Shown here: positions 22,864 through 35,920 of the stretch, piece after piece
How the letters are laid out: every line of letters begins with the position of its first letter
How positions within the stretch are numbered: the first letter of the stretch is position 1
NCBI GenBank assembly: GCA_964016885.1
Contig: OZ024757.1
Location: 8,184,001-8,248,000 of the forward strand
Length of the DNA stretch: 64,000 nt
Direction of reading: 5' to 3'
Origin: Eledone cirrhosa
Lineage: Eukaryota
The notes under the pieces: model-generated
Seen by the model: the letters and a program-made list of their open reading frames with translations, nothing else
The model's database searches: none
What the model was told of the DNA's origin: nothing
Translations under genes and position numbers: made by a program

Positions 22864-25800
22864 TTGAGTCTCAGTCATTGATGTTAGTTAACTGGAAAGT
22901 TTGTTGAAATGAATATCAAGCCACTACCTGCAGCCTCAGATATTCAGGACGTATCGGAGGGTTCTTGCTGTTCCCAGCAAGCATGCCTTTTGAAGCGTTC
23001 CAAAAAGCGTGAAGGGGCCGATTTTCTTTAACCATCCCTGGAAACTTTTGGAGATAGTCCCTAGTGCGCCTATGACAATCGGGATCACTTTGACTTCATG
23101 GCAGTTCCAAATCCTTTTTACCTCCCACTTTAGGTCCTGGTATCGGTTAATTTTCTCCCTCTCCTTCTCTTGCACTCTCGTGTCGAATGGGCAGGCCACA
23201 TCCACAATCAGACACGATCTTTTTTCTTTGTCCACAACCACCAGGTCAGGTCTATTGTGTTCCAGTTTCTTGTCCGTCTGTATCCTAAAATCCCACAGCA
23301 CCTTCACCTGATCGTTTTCTATCACCGACTCTGGCTTATGCTCATACCACTTCCCAGAATGTGGTAAGTTGTTTACTTTGCATAGGTGCCAGTGGATCAC
23401 CCTGCCCATCACATCATGTCTCCAGCCCTTATAGTGAGTCTGGGCTAGGTGTTTACATTCGGATACAATGTGAGCCACAGTCTCCTCTCTCTCTCCACAG
23501 ATCCTGCACAGTGGGCTAGCCTCCTCCTTGTAAATGTGGTGTTTCAACCACTTCGTTTTGAGGGCCTGCTCCTGCGCAGCCATTAACATTCCTTCTTTAG
23601 CCTTTTTAAGGTCTTCTCTTTTCAACCAGTTCCATGTCTGTGGATCTCTAAATTCAGTTTTCTCAAAGAAGGTACTATGAAGGGATTTTTCCTGAAGGCT
23701 GCTCTTTCTCCTTGATGTTATTTCCTCCTTGGACATACCCTGGCCTATTGTCCTCTCCTTCAGTACAGTTCTGAGCATTGGCTCCTTACTATCAGTCACG
23801 TATTTGTGTAGGTTGTTTTTCTCCATCTGAACACAGTCCTCTATGCTGACAAGACCTCTTCCACCCTCAGATCTCCTTAAGTAGAGTCTATCGACATCAC
23901 TCCTCTTGTGGAACATGTTGTAGATAGTCAATAGCTTCCTAGTCTTCCTATCCATTTCTTTTTGTTCAGCAACATTCCATCTCAGAATTCCCGCACTGTA
24001 CCTAATAATAGACACAGCTCGGGTATTTACTGCACTTATGGCATTCCTACTGTTCAGATGTGACTTTAATACGCTCCTTACTCTCCGAAGGTATTCACTT
24101 CTTATCAATTCCTTCATTTTTTTTGTTCTTGATGTCATCAGCCTCCAGAACGCCCAAATACTTGTATCCTTCCTCAGAGTCAATTTCCTTTATCAACTCA
24201 CCTGTTGGTATCTGGATTCCGTTACTTCTGCTCAACTTACTCCTCCTCATCACAATGACTCCACACTTACTAATACCAAATTGCATACATATGTCATTGC
24301 TGAAAATACGGACAGTGTCAACAAGCACATCCAACTCCTTCTCACTCTTCCCGAAGAGCTTAAGATCGTCCATGAAGAGGAGGTGATTGATGGTAAGCCC
24401 TCCCTTTTCCAACCTGTATCCTGCTCACACTTTTCGCAGTACACTGGTCAGGGGCATCAGGGCAAGGACAAACAACAGAGGGGAGAGACTATCTCCCTGG
24501 AAGATACCTCTCTTGATCTTCACGCTTCCCAAGGATTCTCCAGTTGATGTTAACTCTGTTTCCCAGGACTTCATACTTTTGCCCAACAACTGTCTGATGT
24601 TATCTGCCACCTTGAAGATCTCCAGGCTTTTGGTGATCCAAGAATGAGGCACCATGTCAAATGCCTTTTTGTAGTCTATCCATCCTATGGCAAGACCAGT
24701 GTGTCTTCTCTTGCAATTCCTCATTACCATCTTATCAATAAGTAACTGGTCCTTTGTACCACGTGACTTCTTTCGGCATCCTTTCTGTTCGTCCGGTAAC
24801 AAGTTGTTTGTGTGGACGTGATGGTAGATTTCCTCAGACATAATGCTTGTCAACAGTTTCCACATTACGGACAGACATGTGATAGATCTATAGTTGGTAA
24901 CATCATTACCCTTGATTCGGTCTTTCATTATCAGAACTGTGGTACCTTTTGTCAACCACTCTGGTATCTCACCTGACATCAAGCAGTCATTGAACATGGT
25001 TATCAGTTTCGGGTGGAGGGATGTTATGTTTTTAATCCAATACCCCTGCACACCTTCTGGGCCAGGTGATGTCCAGTTGGTTAGTTTTTTGGCCTGCCCC
25101 TTAATAGTTTCAACTGTGATACTCAAATCAGTTTGTTGGTGTGCCTGTTCACTGATCTCCTTCTGTACTGTCTCAATCCACACTGCCTGGTCATTATGTT
25201 TAACATCCTGCTCCCATATTCCTCTCCAGAATGTTTTAGTTTGTTCCGCCTCAGGGATCAAGTCGTTGCCTCTTTCTTTCCCTTCAAGCTGTCCAAACAG
25301 CATCTTCTGGTTGTTGTCGAACATGCGGTTCTCTCTATACTGGCTGACTCTTTTCTCGTATCGCCTGATTTTTGTACTCTTTGCTACAATGCGTTACTTC
25401 AGTTCTTCTATGATAATATTTAGCTTTTTCCTCCGAGTTTTTTACTTTATTTCCAGTCTATTTTTAGTATCTATGTTTTTTAGTGTCCCATTCAGTAGGG
25501 ACTCAAGCTTTTCAATGTCATTTCTCATTTCCCTGATTTGACCACTCAGTCGTTTCTTCCACCAAGGCTCTGCTCTTTCTTGTCTGTTGTTTCCTCTCGC
25601 TTTTATACCAAGTAGTTTCCTCACCGTATTTGCTGTTGCTTTGAGGATATTGTTGCACTGATGAAGGCTCCTCGCCTCAAGGTATGGGATGACTTTGTTT
25701 ACCTTAGCTGTTGTTTCTTTTAACTTTTTCCTGTCTACAAATCTTAGGTTCATAGGTCTCCCACTATCATTGTTCAATTCATCTACCACTAAGTTTAGGA

Positions 25801-27936
25801 TATCTACCAAATCTTGTCCTAGCCCGTCAGCATTCATCTCCTCAGTGGCCGTATCTCTGTTCCAGGTATTATTTATCTCAGCATTCAGATCATTGTCTGT
25901 TTCGGATGGTTCCTCCGTTCTCTCGACCTCCCCACCTTCATTTCCCACTGGCTCGCTTGCCTGGCATACTCCACCCTCCATCTCCAAGCTAATCTCTCTG
26001 CTCAGTTCTTCCAGTTCCAGCTCGCTTATCCACCCATTAGTTCTTATTACCCGAGCCTGCCCGGCCAGTTTTTGTTCATCTAATTTAAATGGACCAATCT
26101 CGTTCCAGATGTTATGCATCCTTTTCCTATAGCCTTTCTCCTTGGGGTTACTCTTCAGGTAACATTGCATAACAGTTCTATTCAATTCTTTCGTCCAGTT
26201 GGTTCTGGTCTCTTTCCTTCTTCTTCTTCCTCCGACACCAGCAGTATTTGGTTGACAGCCAGGTCCCTGCTGCTGAGCCAGGGAGCACCTGTTGGGTGAG
26301 AGTCTGTCACATGACATTCTAGTCTCCATTTCACCGTTATTCGAACTGTTTAGGTTCGACATTTAAACACTCTTATCGAGGATTGGCGAATGTATGCTTA
26401 CATAACCACCGGTGAATTACTTGTCTCCGGTGGTTTCGTCACTCCACGTGACTTTTGTGTGGCATTATCACGCTGTAGACGAACCCAAATAAACAAAGAA
26501 ACAGGCAGAAAAAAACCCCAAAATGAATAAGCATAAGTTTCATTGTAATGTAGTGTTTGAATGTCTGACTTAGTTTTTCCCTTCCCTTCTCTGTCCGTCC
26601 GTTTGTTTTTCTCTTCATTTTTATTTCCTTTACGTTTTTTGTTGTTGCTGTGCTGCTTTGATTTTGATTTTTTTTTTTTGATTTTGACCGGGTCATCAAT
26701 TCAGTCTATTTATATATTTTGATGCCTTCCTCTTTTAGTGAGAATTCTACAATGTAGCCGGGGCTATCGGGAGAGAATAGCGGCGGTAGTGACAATGAGG
26801 CAGCGGTAGCGGCGATTGCGGTGCTGTGCCAGCAGCAACCAGCAGGAGGTAGTGGGAGAGAATAGCGGCGGTAGCGCTAATGAGGCAGCGGCGGTGGCGA
26901 TGTGGTCGTATTATTGTAGCGATGGTGTTGAAGATGGAGTAGAAATTTGAGTCGACTTGACCAGGGTTTTCATCGTGGCAGTGGTGGTAGCACTGGTGGG
27001 GAAATTATCTTTAGTGAAATTATCATTAGTCGCGTATATGTGTTGACATAAATACCTTAATATTGGAATTAAACATTTTGTGAAAACTAAAACTTGATTT
27101 TGATTATTGTTTTTTTTTTTTTTGACCGGGTCATCAATTCAATCTATTTATATATTTTGGTGTTTTCCCCTTTTAGTGAGAATTCTACAATGTAGCAGGG
27201 GGTAGCGGGAGAGAATAGCGGCGGTAGTGATATTGAGGCAGCGGCGGCGGTGGTGGTGGCGGTGCTGTGCCAGCAGCAACTAGTAGAAGGTAGTGGGAGA
27301 GAGTAGCGGCGGTAGCGATAATGAGGCAGTGGTGGTGGTGATGATGTGGTCATATTACTGTAGTGATGGTGTTGAAGTTGGAGTAGAAATTTGAGTCGAC
27401 TTGACCAGAGTTGTCATCGTGGTAGTGGTGGTGGTATTGGTGGTGAAATTATCTTTAGTGAAATTATCGTTAGTTGCGTATATGTGTTGACATAAATACC
27501 TTAATATTGGAATTAAACATTTTGTTAAAACTAAAACTTGAGGCAATAGAAATAGTAATTATTATTATTATGCTGAGATTAGTGGTGGTGGTGGTAAAAT
27601 TGCCGTTATCTGGCTGTTGTGTTTAGTGTACACAGAGGGGTAATGGGGTAGGTGGTGTATCTAGTTTCTGATGTTGGTGAAATTGCTGGTATTTGGCTGT
27701 TCTATATAGTGTAGACAGAGGGGGTTTTCTTCCATTTGTAACCATTTTCTCTTTTGAATATAAAATGTATAATACAAAATTGAATATTTGAGCGATATAA
27801 CAATATATTGTGGATCCGAATTTTTTGGGACTCAAGCTGGATGTTTTATGCAACATTTGTACTAAGAATTGTTATTTCACAATTGATTTAAATATGTTAA
27901 AAAATCAAAACTTACGGGAGCGATTTCTCGACCTTC
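22864..27936 (-). mobile_element. R4/Dong-clade family A, full-length degenerate copy (ORF 22936-26362 broken by frameshifts/stops; ~430-bp duplication in leader)
   Basis: N-terminal WTKELN..MQCY..GYRKRM..EQKL; RT QGDSLSP/FMDDLKL; CCHC CRICGEREETVAHIVSEC; RHD, PDLVVVD, EK..RYQDL RLE motifs. Confidence 0.95.
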
Positions 27937-27956
27937 TATTATTATTATTATTATTA

Positions 27957-29896
27957 CAGTTGCATTTATCTTGCTTTATGTTCATACGAGTTATCACCAA
28001 GTCACAACCAGTGACCTCAAGAGACAACAAGCTCCGCCATGTTCAAGAAAGAACATACATACTCACACATGCATCTTTGGTGTTTAGACTTGTGATGTAC
28101 TTATATTGACAGAATCTTCCTTAGTATATGGGCAGTTCCCATTAGTACTCTCTTTTGTATTTCTCCTATACGCGGGTTTCCTGGGATTTGCGATAAGTAA
28201 TCATTAGACCCCTTAGGTATCATTCCCAGAGCGCCTACAACCACTGGTATTGTTTTAGTACTCAATTTCCACATTTTTCCAATTTCTATCTCCAGGTCCT
28301 TATACTTGCTAAATTTTTCAAATGTTTTTATAGATACATTCTTGTCTATTGGAACAGACATATCAATTAGCAGTCATACCCTCTTTTGAAAGTCCTTCAA
28401 TATTATATCAGGTCTATTTGCATCTATTTTTCGGTCTGTTTGGATGCTAAAGTTCCACAAGATTGAGATGTGATCTTTTTCAAGTATGGGAGGTGGTTGA
28501 TGCTCCCACCAATTCTTTTGATGGGGCAGGTCAAAATGCTTACACATTATCCAATGTATGTATTGTGCAGCTCTGTCATGCCTGTTTAGGTATTCGGTTG
28601 GAGCTATAGGACTGCACATTGAAATTATATGGTCAATGCTCTCTGGTTGTTTTTTGCATACAGGGCATAATGGGCTGCACCCATTTTTTATTATGTTGGC
28701 TTGGTAATTTTTTGTTGGCAGACACTGATCTTGTGCTGATATAATCAGTCCTTCAGTCTCCGATTTCAGTCCAGAGGATGCCAACCACTGATGGGTTAAA
28801 GTTTTGTCAACATCAGGATTGTTAGCTCGCTCTGGGTATTTTCCATATAGAGGCTTTTCTTGCCATTTCTTAGCCAGTTTCTGTAGCAGTTCTTTCTTTG
28901 CAGTTACTTTTACCTGTTTTGCTTTTTCTGTGTTTTCCATTTCAGCAGTAAATGGGACTTCTGAAATTTGTAGTCCATTACTGTATCTTTGTGCATCTTT
29001 TGTAATGGAATATGATCTTTTGATGCTTTCGTGTTTCAAAACGAGTTTGATCATCCAATCATGTGATTCCCTTAGATATGTAGATAATCCAATTGTTGCA
29101 GTTTTCAACGCAATGTCTAACTGGATTAACCCACGTCCTCCTTCTTTCCTAGGGAGATATATTCTATCTATATCTGCCTTAGGGTGATGCATTCTGTGCA
29201 TGGTTAAGAATTTTCGAATTTTTGTATCGAGCCTACGGATCTCTGTGCTTGACCAGTTGATGACATTGTAACTGTAGGTTTCTACTGGTATGGCAAGCGT
29301 GTTTATGGCATCGATCCTATTCCTTGCATTCAATTCCGTTCTTAAGATTGCTCTGACTCTGCGGTAACATTCCTTCCTTATCCTTTCCCTCATTGTAGAG
29401 TGCTTGATTCCGTCTCCTTCACAAACACCTAGATATTTGTAAGTTTTTTCTTGATCAAGTTCTCTTATCACGTTCCCCCGATCAAGATTAATGTCTGAAC
29501 TCTTCAGCAGCTTTCCTCTGGTGAACGTTGCTTTGGCGCATTTATCTAGTCCAAACTCCATTTTAATGTCATCACTGAACTGCTCCACAGTGGATAATAG
29601 ACCTTGCAATTGTTCATCATTTATTGCAAATAGTTTCAGGTCATCCATGTAGAACAGGTAATTAATGGTTTTGTCATAGACTTTATATCCATGTTTTGTT
29701 TCATTGAGCATTTTACTTAATGGTATATGTGCGATGCAGAATAAAAGCGGTGATAAAGAGTCACCCTGAAAAATTCCACAATTAATATTAACCTCTCCAG
29801 CTTCCAGTGATTTTGTTTCACTATTCAAAAGGAGTGTCGTTTTCCATGTTTTCATACTGAATGACAAAAACCTCCTGACAACGGGGGATATTTTGA

Positions 29897-29897
<1 letters not shown>
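27957..29897 (-). mobile_element. R4/Dong-clade family B, 5'-truncated
   Basis: QGDSLSP, YMDDLKL, CPVC..HIISMC, RHD, PDIILKD. Confidence 0.95.
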
Positions 29898-29941
<44 letters not shown>

Positions 29942-29950
29942 GTTGTTGTT

Positions 29951-31312
29951 ATTCCTTGAATCTCAGTCATTGATGTTGGTTAACTGGAAAGTCCGTTGGA
30001 ATGAATATCAAGCCACTACCTGCAGCCTCAGATATTCAGGACGTATCGGAGGGTTCTTGCTGTTCCCAGCAAGCATGCCTTTTGAAGCGTTCCAAAAAGC
30101 GTGAAGGGGCCGATTTTCTTTAACCATCCCTGGAAACTTTTGGAGATAGTCCCTAGTGCGCCTATGACAATCGGGATCACTTTGACTTCATGGCAGTTCC
30201 AAATCCTTTTTACCTCCCACTTTAGGTCCTGGTATCGGTTAATTTTCTCCCTCTCCTTCTCTTGCACTCTCGTGTCGAATGGGCAGGCCACATCCACAAT
30301 CAGACACGATCTTTTTTCTTTGTCCACAACCACCAGGTCAGGTCTATTGTGTTCCAGTTTCTTGTCCGTCTGTATCCTAAAATCCCACAGCACCTTCACC
30401 TGATCGTTCTCCGTCACCGCCTCTGGCCTATGCTCATACCATTTCTCAGAATGTGGTAAATTGTTTACTTTGCACAGGTGCCAGTGGATCACCCTGCCCA
30501 TCACATCATGTCTCCAGCCCTTATAGTGGGTCTGGGCTAGGTGTTTACACTCGGATACAATGTGAGCCACAGTCTCCTCTCTCTCTCCATAGATCCTGCA
30601 GAGTGTGCTAGCCTCCTCCTTGTAAACATGGTGCTTCAACCACTTCGTTTTGAGGGCCTGCTCCTGCGCAGCCATTAGCATTCATTCTGTAGCCTTTTTG
30701 AGGTCTCCTCTTCTCAACCAGTTCCATGTCTGTGGATCTGTAAATTCAGTTTTCTCAAAGGAAGGTACTATGAAGGGATTTTCCCTGAAGGCTGCTTTTT
30801 CTCCTTGATGTTATTTCCTCCTTGGACATCCCCTGGCCTACTGTCCCCTCCTTCAGTACAGTTCTGAGCATTGGCTCCTTACTATCAGTCACGTATTTGT
30901 ATAGGTTGTTTTTCTCCATCTGAACACTGTCCTCTATGCTGATAAGACCTCTTCCACCCTCAGATCTCCTTAGGTAGAGTCTATCGACATCACTCCTCTT
31001 GTGGAACATGTTGTAGATAGTCAATAGCTTCCTAGTCTTCCTATCCATTTCTTTTTGTTCAGCAACATTCCATCTCAGAATTCCCGCACTGTACCTAATA
31101 ATAGACACAGCTCGGGAATTTACTGCGCTTATGGCATTTCTGCTGTTCAGATGTGACTTCAATACGCTCCTTATTCTCCGAATGTATTCAGTTCTTAACA
31201 ATTCCTTCATTTTTTTGTTCTTTATGCCATCAGCCTCCAGAACTCCCAAATACTTGTATCCTTCCTCAGAGTCAATTTCCTTTATCATTTCACCTGTTGG
31301 TATCTGGATTCC
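29951..31312 (-). mobile_element. Dong-A, 5'-truncated
   Basis: ORFs 30028-30681 and 30755-31288 (thumb, CCHC, RLE). Confidence 0.95.
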
Positions 31313-31342
31313 ATTATTATTATTATTATTATTATTATTGTT

Positions 31343-34300
31343 ATTCCTTGAATCTCAGTCATTGATGTTGGTGAACTGGAAAGTCCGTTGGATTGAATAT
31401 CAAGCCACTACCTGCAGCCTCAGATATTCAGGACGTATCGGAGGGTTCTTGCCGTTCCAAGCAAGCATGCCTTTTGAAGCGTTCCAAAAAGCGTGAAGGG
31501 GCCGATTTTCTTTAACCATCCCTGGAAACCTTTGGAGATAGTCCCCAATGCGCCTATGACAATCGGGATCACTTTGACTTCATGGCAGTTCCAAATCCTT
31601 TTCACCTCCCACTTTAGGTCCTGGTATCGGTTAATTTTCTCCCTCTCCTTCTCTTGCACTCTCGTGTCGAACGGGCAGGCCACATCCACAATCAGGCACG
31701 ATCTTTTTTCTTTGTCCACAACCACCAGGTCAGGCCTATTGTGTTCCAGTTTTTTGTCCGTCTGTATCCTAAAATCCCACAGCACCTTCACCTGACTGTT
31801 CTCCATCACCGCCTCTGGCCTATGCTCATACCATTTCTCAGAATGTGGTAGATTGTTTACTTTGCACAGGTGCCAGTGGATCACCCTGCCCATCACATCG
31901 TGTCTCCAGCCCTTATAGTGGGTCTGGGCTAGGTGTTTACACTCGGACACAATGTGAGCCACAGTCTCCTCTCTCTCTCCACAGATCCTGCACAGTGGGC
32001 TAGCCTCCTCCTTGTAGATATGGTGCTTCAACCACTTCGCTTTGAGGGCCTGCTCCTGCGCAGCCATTAGCATTCCTTCTGTAGCCTTTTTGAGGTCTCC
32101 TCTTCTCAACCAGTTCCATGTCTGTGGATCTCTAAATTCAGTTTTCTCAAAGAAGGTACTATGAAGGGATTTTCCCTTAAGGCTGCTCTTCCTCCTTGAT
32201 GTTATTTCCTCCTTGGATATCCCCTGGCCTACTGTCCCCTCCTTCAGTACAGCTCTGAGCATTGGCTCCTTACTATAGGTCACGTATTTGTATAGGTTGT
32301 TTTTCTCCATCTGAACACAGTCCTCTATGCTGATAAGACCTCTTCCACCCTCAGATCTCCTTAGGTAGAGTCTATCGACATCACTCCTCTTGTGGAACAT
32401 GTTGTAGATAGTCAATAGCTTCCTAGTCTTCCTATCCATTTCTTTTTGTTCAGCAACATTCCATCTCAGAATTCCCGCACTGTACCTAATAATAGACACA
32501 GCTCGGGAATTTACTGCGCTTATGGCATTTCTGCTGTTCAGATGTGACTTCAATACGCTCCTTACTCTCCGAATGTATTCAGTTCTTAACAATTCCTTCA
32601 TTTTTTTGTTCTTTATGCCATCAGCCTCCAGAACGCCCAAATACTTGTATCCCTCCTCAGAGTCAATTTCCTTTATCATCTCACCTGTTGGTATCTGGAT
32701 CCCGTTACTTCTGCTCAACCTACCCCTCCTCATCACAATGACTCCACATTTACCAATACCAAACTGCATACATATATCACTGCTGAAAATACGGACAGTG
32801 TCAACAAGCACATCCAACTCCTTCTCACTTTTCCCGAAGAGCTTAAGATCGTCCATGAAGAGGAGGTGATTGATGGTAAGCTCTCCCCTTCCCAACTTGT
32901 ATCCTGCTCTCACTTTTCGCAGCATAATGGTCAAGGGCATCAGGGCAAGGACAAACAACAGAGGGGACAGGCTATCTCCCTGGAAGATACCTCTCTTGAT
33001 CTTCACGCTTCCCAAGGATACTCCAGTTGATGTCAACTCTGTCTCCCAGGACCCCATACTCCTGCCCAGCAACTGTCTGATGTTATCTGCCACCCTGAAG
33101 ATCTCCAGGCTTTTGGTGATCCAGGAATGAGGCACCATGTCAAATGCCTTTCTGTAGTCTATCCATCCCATGGCAAGATCAGTGTGTCTCCTCCTGCAAT
33201 TCCCCATTACCATCTTATCAATAAGCAACTGGTCCTTTGTACCACGTGACTTCTTTCGGCATCCTTTCTGTTCGTCCGGCAACAAGTTGTTTGTGTGGAG
33301 GTGATGGTAGATTTCCTCAGACACAATGCTCGTCAACAGTTTCCACATTACGGGCAGACATGTGATAGGTCTATAGTTGGTAACATCATTACCCTTGATT
33401 CGGTCTTTCATTATCAGAACTGTGGTACCTTTTGTCAACCACTCTGGCACCTCACCCGACACCAAGCAGTCATTGAACATGGCCGTCAGCTTCGGGTGGA
33501 GGGATGTTAAATGTTTAATCCAATACCCCTGCACACCATCTGGGCCTGGTGATTTCCAGTTGGTTAGTTTTTTGGCTTGCCCCTTAAGAGTTTCAACTGT
33601 GATACTCAAATCAGTCTGTTGCTGTGTCTGTTCACCGATCTCCCTCTGTACTGTCTCAATCCACCCTGCCTGGGCATTGTGTCTAACATCCTGCTCCCAT
33701 ATTCCTCTCCAGAATGTTTTAGCTTGTTCCGCCCCAGGGATCAAGTCGTTGCCTCTTTCTTTCCCCTCAAGCTGTCCAAACAGCATCTTCTGGTTGTTGT
33801 CGAACATGCGGTTCTGTTTATACTGACTGACTCTGTTCTCGTATCGCCTGATTTTGGCACTCTTTGCTACAATGCGTTGCTTCAATTCCTCTATGATAAT
33901 ATTTAGCTTTTTACTCCTAGTTTTGTATTTTATTTCCAGTCTATTTTTAGTGCCTATGTTTTTTAGTGTCCCATTCAGTAGTGACTCAAGCTTTCCTATG
34001 TCATTTCTCATTTCCTCGATTTGCCCACTCAGTCGCTTCTTCCACCACGGCTCTGCTCTTTCTTGTCTGTTGTTTCCTCTCGCTTTTATACCAAGTAGTT
34101 TCCTCACCGTATTTGCTGTTGCTTTGAGGATATTGTTGCACTGGTGAAGACTCCTCGCCTCAAGGTATGGGATGACTTTGTTTACCTTAGCTGTTGTTTC
34201 TTTTAACTTTTTCCTGTCTACAAATCTTAGGTTCATAGGTCTCCCACTATCATTGTTCAACTCATCTACCACTAAATTTAGGATGTCAACCGAATCTTGT

Positions 34301-35870
34301 CCTAGCCCGTCAGCATTCATCTCCTCAGTGGCCGTATCTCTGTTCCAGGTATTATTTATCTCAGTATTCAGATCATTGTCTGCTTCGGGTGGTTCCTCCG
34401 TTCTCAGGACCTCCTCACCTTCATTTCCCGCCGGCTCGCTTGTCTGGCATACTACACCCGCCATCTCCAAGCCATTCTCTCTGCTCAGTTCCTCCAGTTA
34501 CAGCTCGCTTATCCACCCATTAGTTCTTATTACCCGAGCCTGCCCGGCCAATTTTTGTTCATCTAATTTAAATAAACCAATCTCGTTCCAGATGTTATGC
34601 ATCCGTCTCCTGTAGCCCCTCTCCTTGGGGTTACTTTTCAGGTAGCATTGCATAACAGTTCTATTCAATTCTTTCGTCCAGTTGGTTCTGGCCCCTTTCC
34701 TTCTTCTTCTTCCTCCAACATCAGCAGTATTTGGTTGACAGTCAGGTTCCTGCTGCTGAGCCAGGGGGCACCTGTTGGGTGAGAGTCTGTCACATGACGT
34801 TCTAGTCTCCATTTCACCGTTATTCGAACTGTTTATGTTCGATATTTAAACACTCTTATCGAGGATTGGCGAATGTATGTTTACATAGCCATCTGTGGAT
34901 CCGCCATCCCACTTGGCCCTTGTGTGGCATTATCACCACGCTGTATACGGACACACATAAACAAACAAACACACGGGCAGAAAGGGCCCCAAAAATGAAT
35001 AAGCATAAGTTTCATTGTAATGTAGTATTCGAATGTCTGACTTAGTTTTTGTTTTTTAAGTTTTACTTTTCCCCCCCTCTTCTCTGTCCGTCCGCCTGCT
35101 TCTCTCTTCATTCTTATTTTCTTTACGTTTTTGGGGTGTCTTTTTTTGTTTTTGTTTTTCTCTGTTTGTTTTTCTTGTTTTTTGCTGTTGTTGCTGTGCT
35201 GCTTTTGTTGTTTGTTTTTTCTTTTTTCTTTTGAGTCTATCTATATATTTTGATGCCTTCCTCTTTGTTAGTAGTAGGAATTCTATAATGTGGAAGTGGC
35301 AGCCAGCAGAGACTGGCGGCGTTGGCGATACTGAGACAGTGGTGGTGGTGGTGTCGATACCGAGGCAGTGGTGGCGGTGATGCGACCGTATTACTGTAGT
35401 GATGGTGCTGTAGCGGTGGCAGCAGCAGTGAAGGAGTCAAGGGGTGGTGGCGGCGGTGATGGGATAGTGGTGGTAATGATGGCCGTAGTGAGCGGTGGCG
35501 GTGAAGGTGAAAATGCTGTTGTGTTTAGTGTACACAGATGATGGGGTGGGTGGTGTATCTAGTTTCTGGTGTTGGTGAGTTTAGCTGTCCTATATAGTGT
35601 ATCCAGAGGAGAGGAGGGGGGGGGGTTCTTCTTCTTCCATTTATAGCCATTTTTTTTGGATATACAGTGTACAATACAAAGTTGAATATTTGAATATTTG
35701 AGCCTTATAACAATATATTTTGGGTCCGAATTTTTTTGGGGCTCAAGCCGGGTGCTTTACGTAGCATTTGTACTAAGAGTTGTTATTTCACAAATGATTT
35801 AAATATGTTAAAAATTCAAAACTTACGGGAGCGATTTCATGACCTCCGTCACCTCGTGCGTCTTCTTCGT
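31343..35870 (-). mobile_element. Dong-A, full-length young copy (~4.5 kb)
   Basis: Complete leader, ORF and 3'UTR bounded by (ATT)n. Confidence 0.96.
31420..34812 (-). CDS. R4/Dong RT-CCHC-RLE polyprotein (~1130 codons) with a single in-frame stop at 34498-34500
   Basis: ORFs 34498-34812 and 31420-34470 are in the same frame; other copies have Glu (ELELEEL) at the stop position. Confidence 0.92.
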
Positions 35871-35877
35871 CTTATTC

Positions 35878-35919
<42 letters not shown>

Positions 35920-35920
<1 letters not shown>

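Noticed and set aside
34855-34880. HDV ribozyme in Dong-A (tcctcg on minus, ggcgaatg on plus)
   Set aside because: Could not build P1/P2/P3 pairings on either strand
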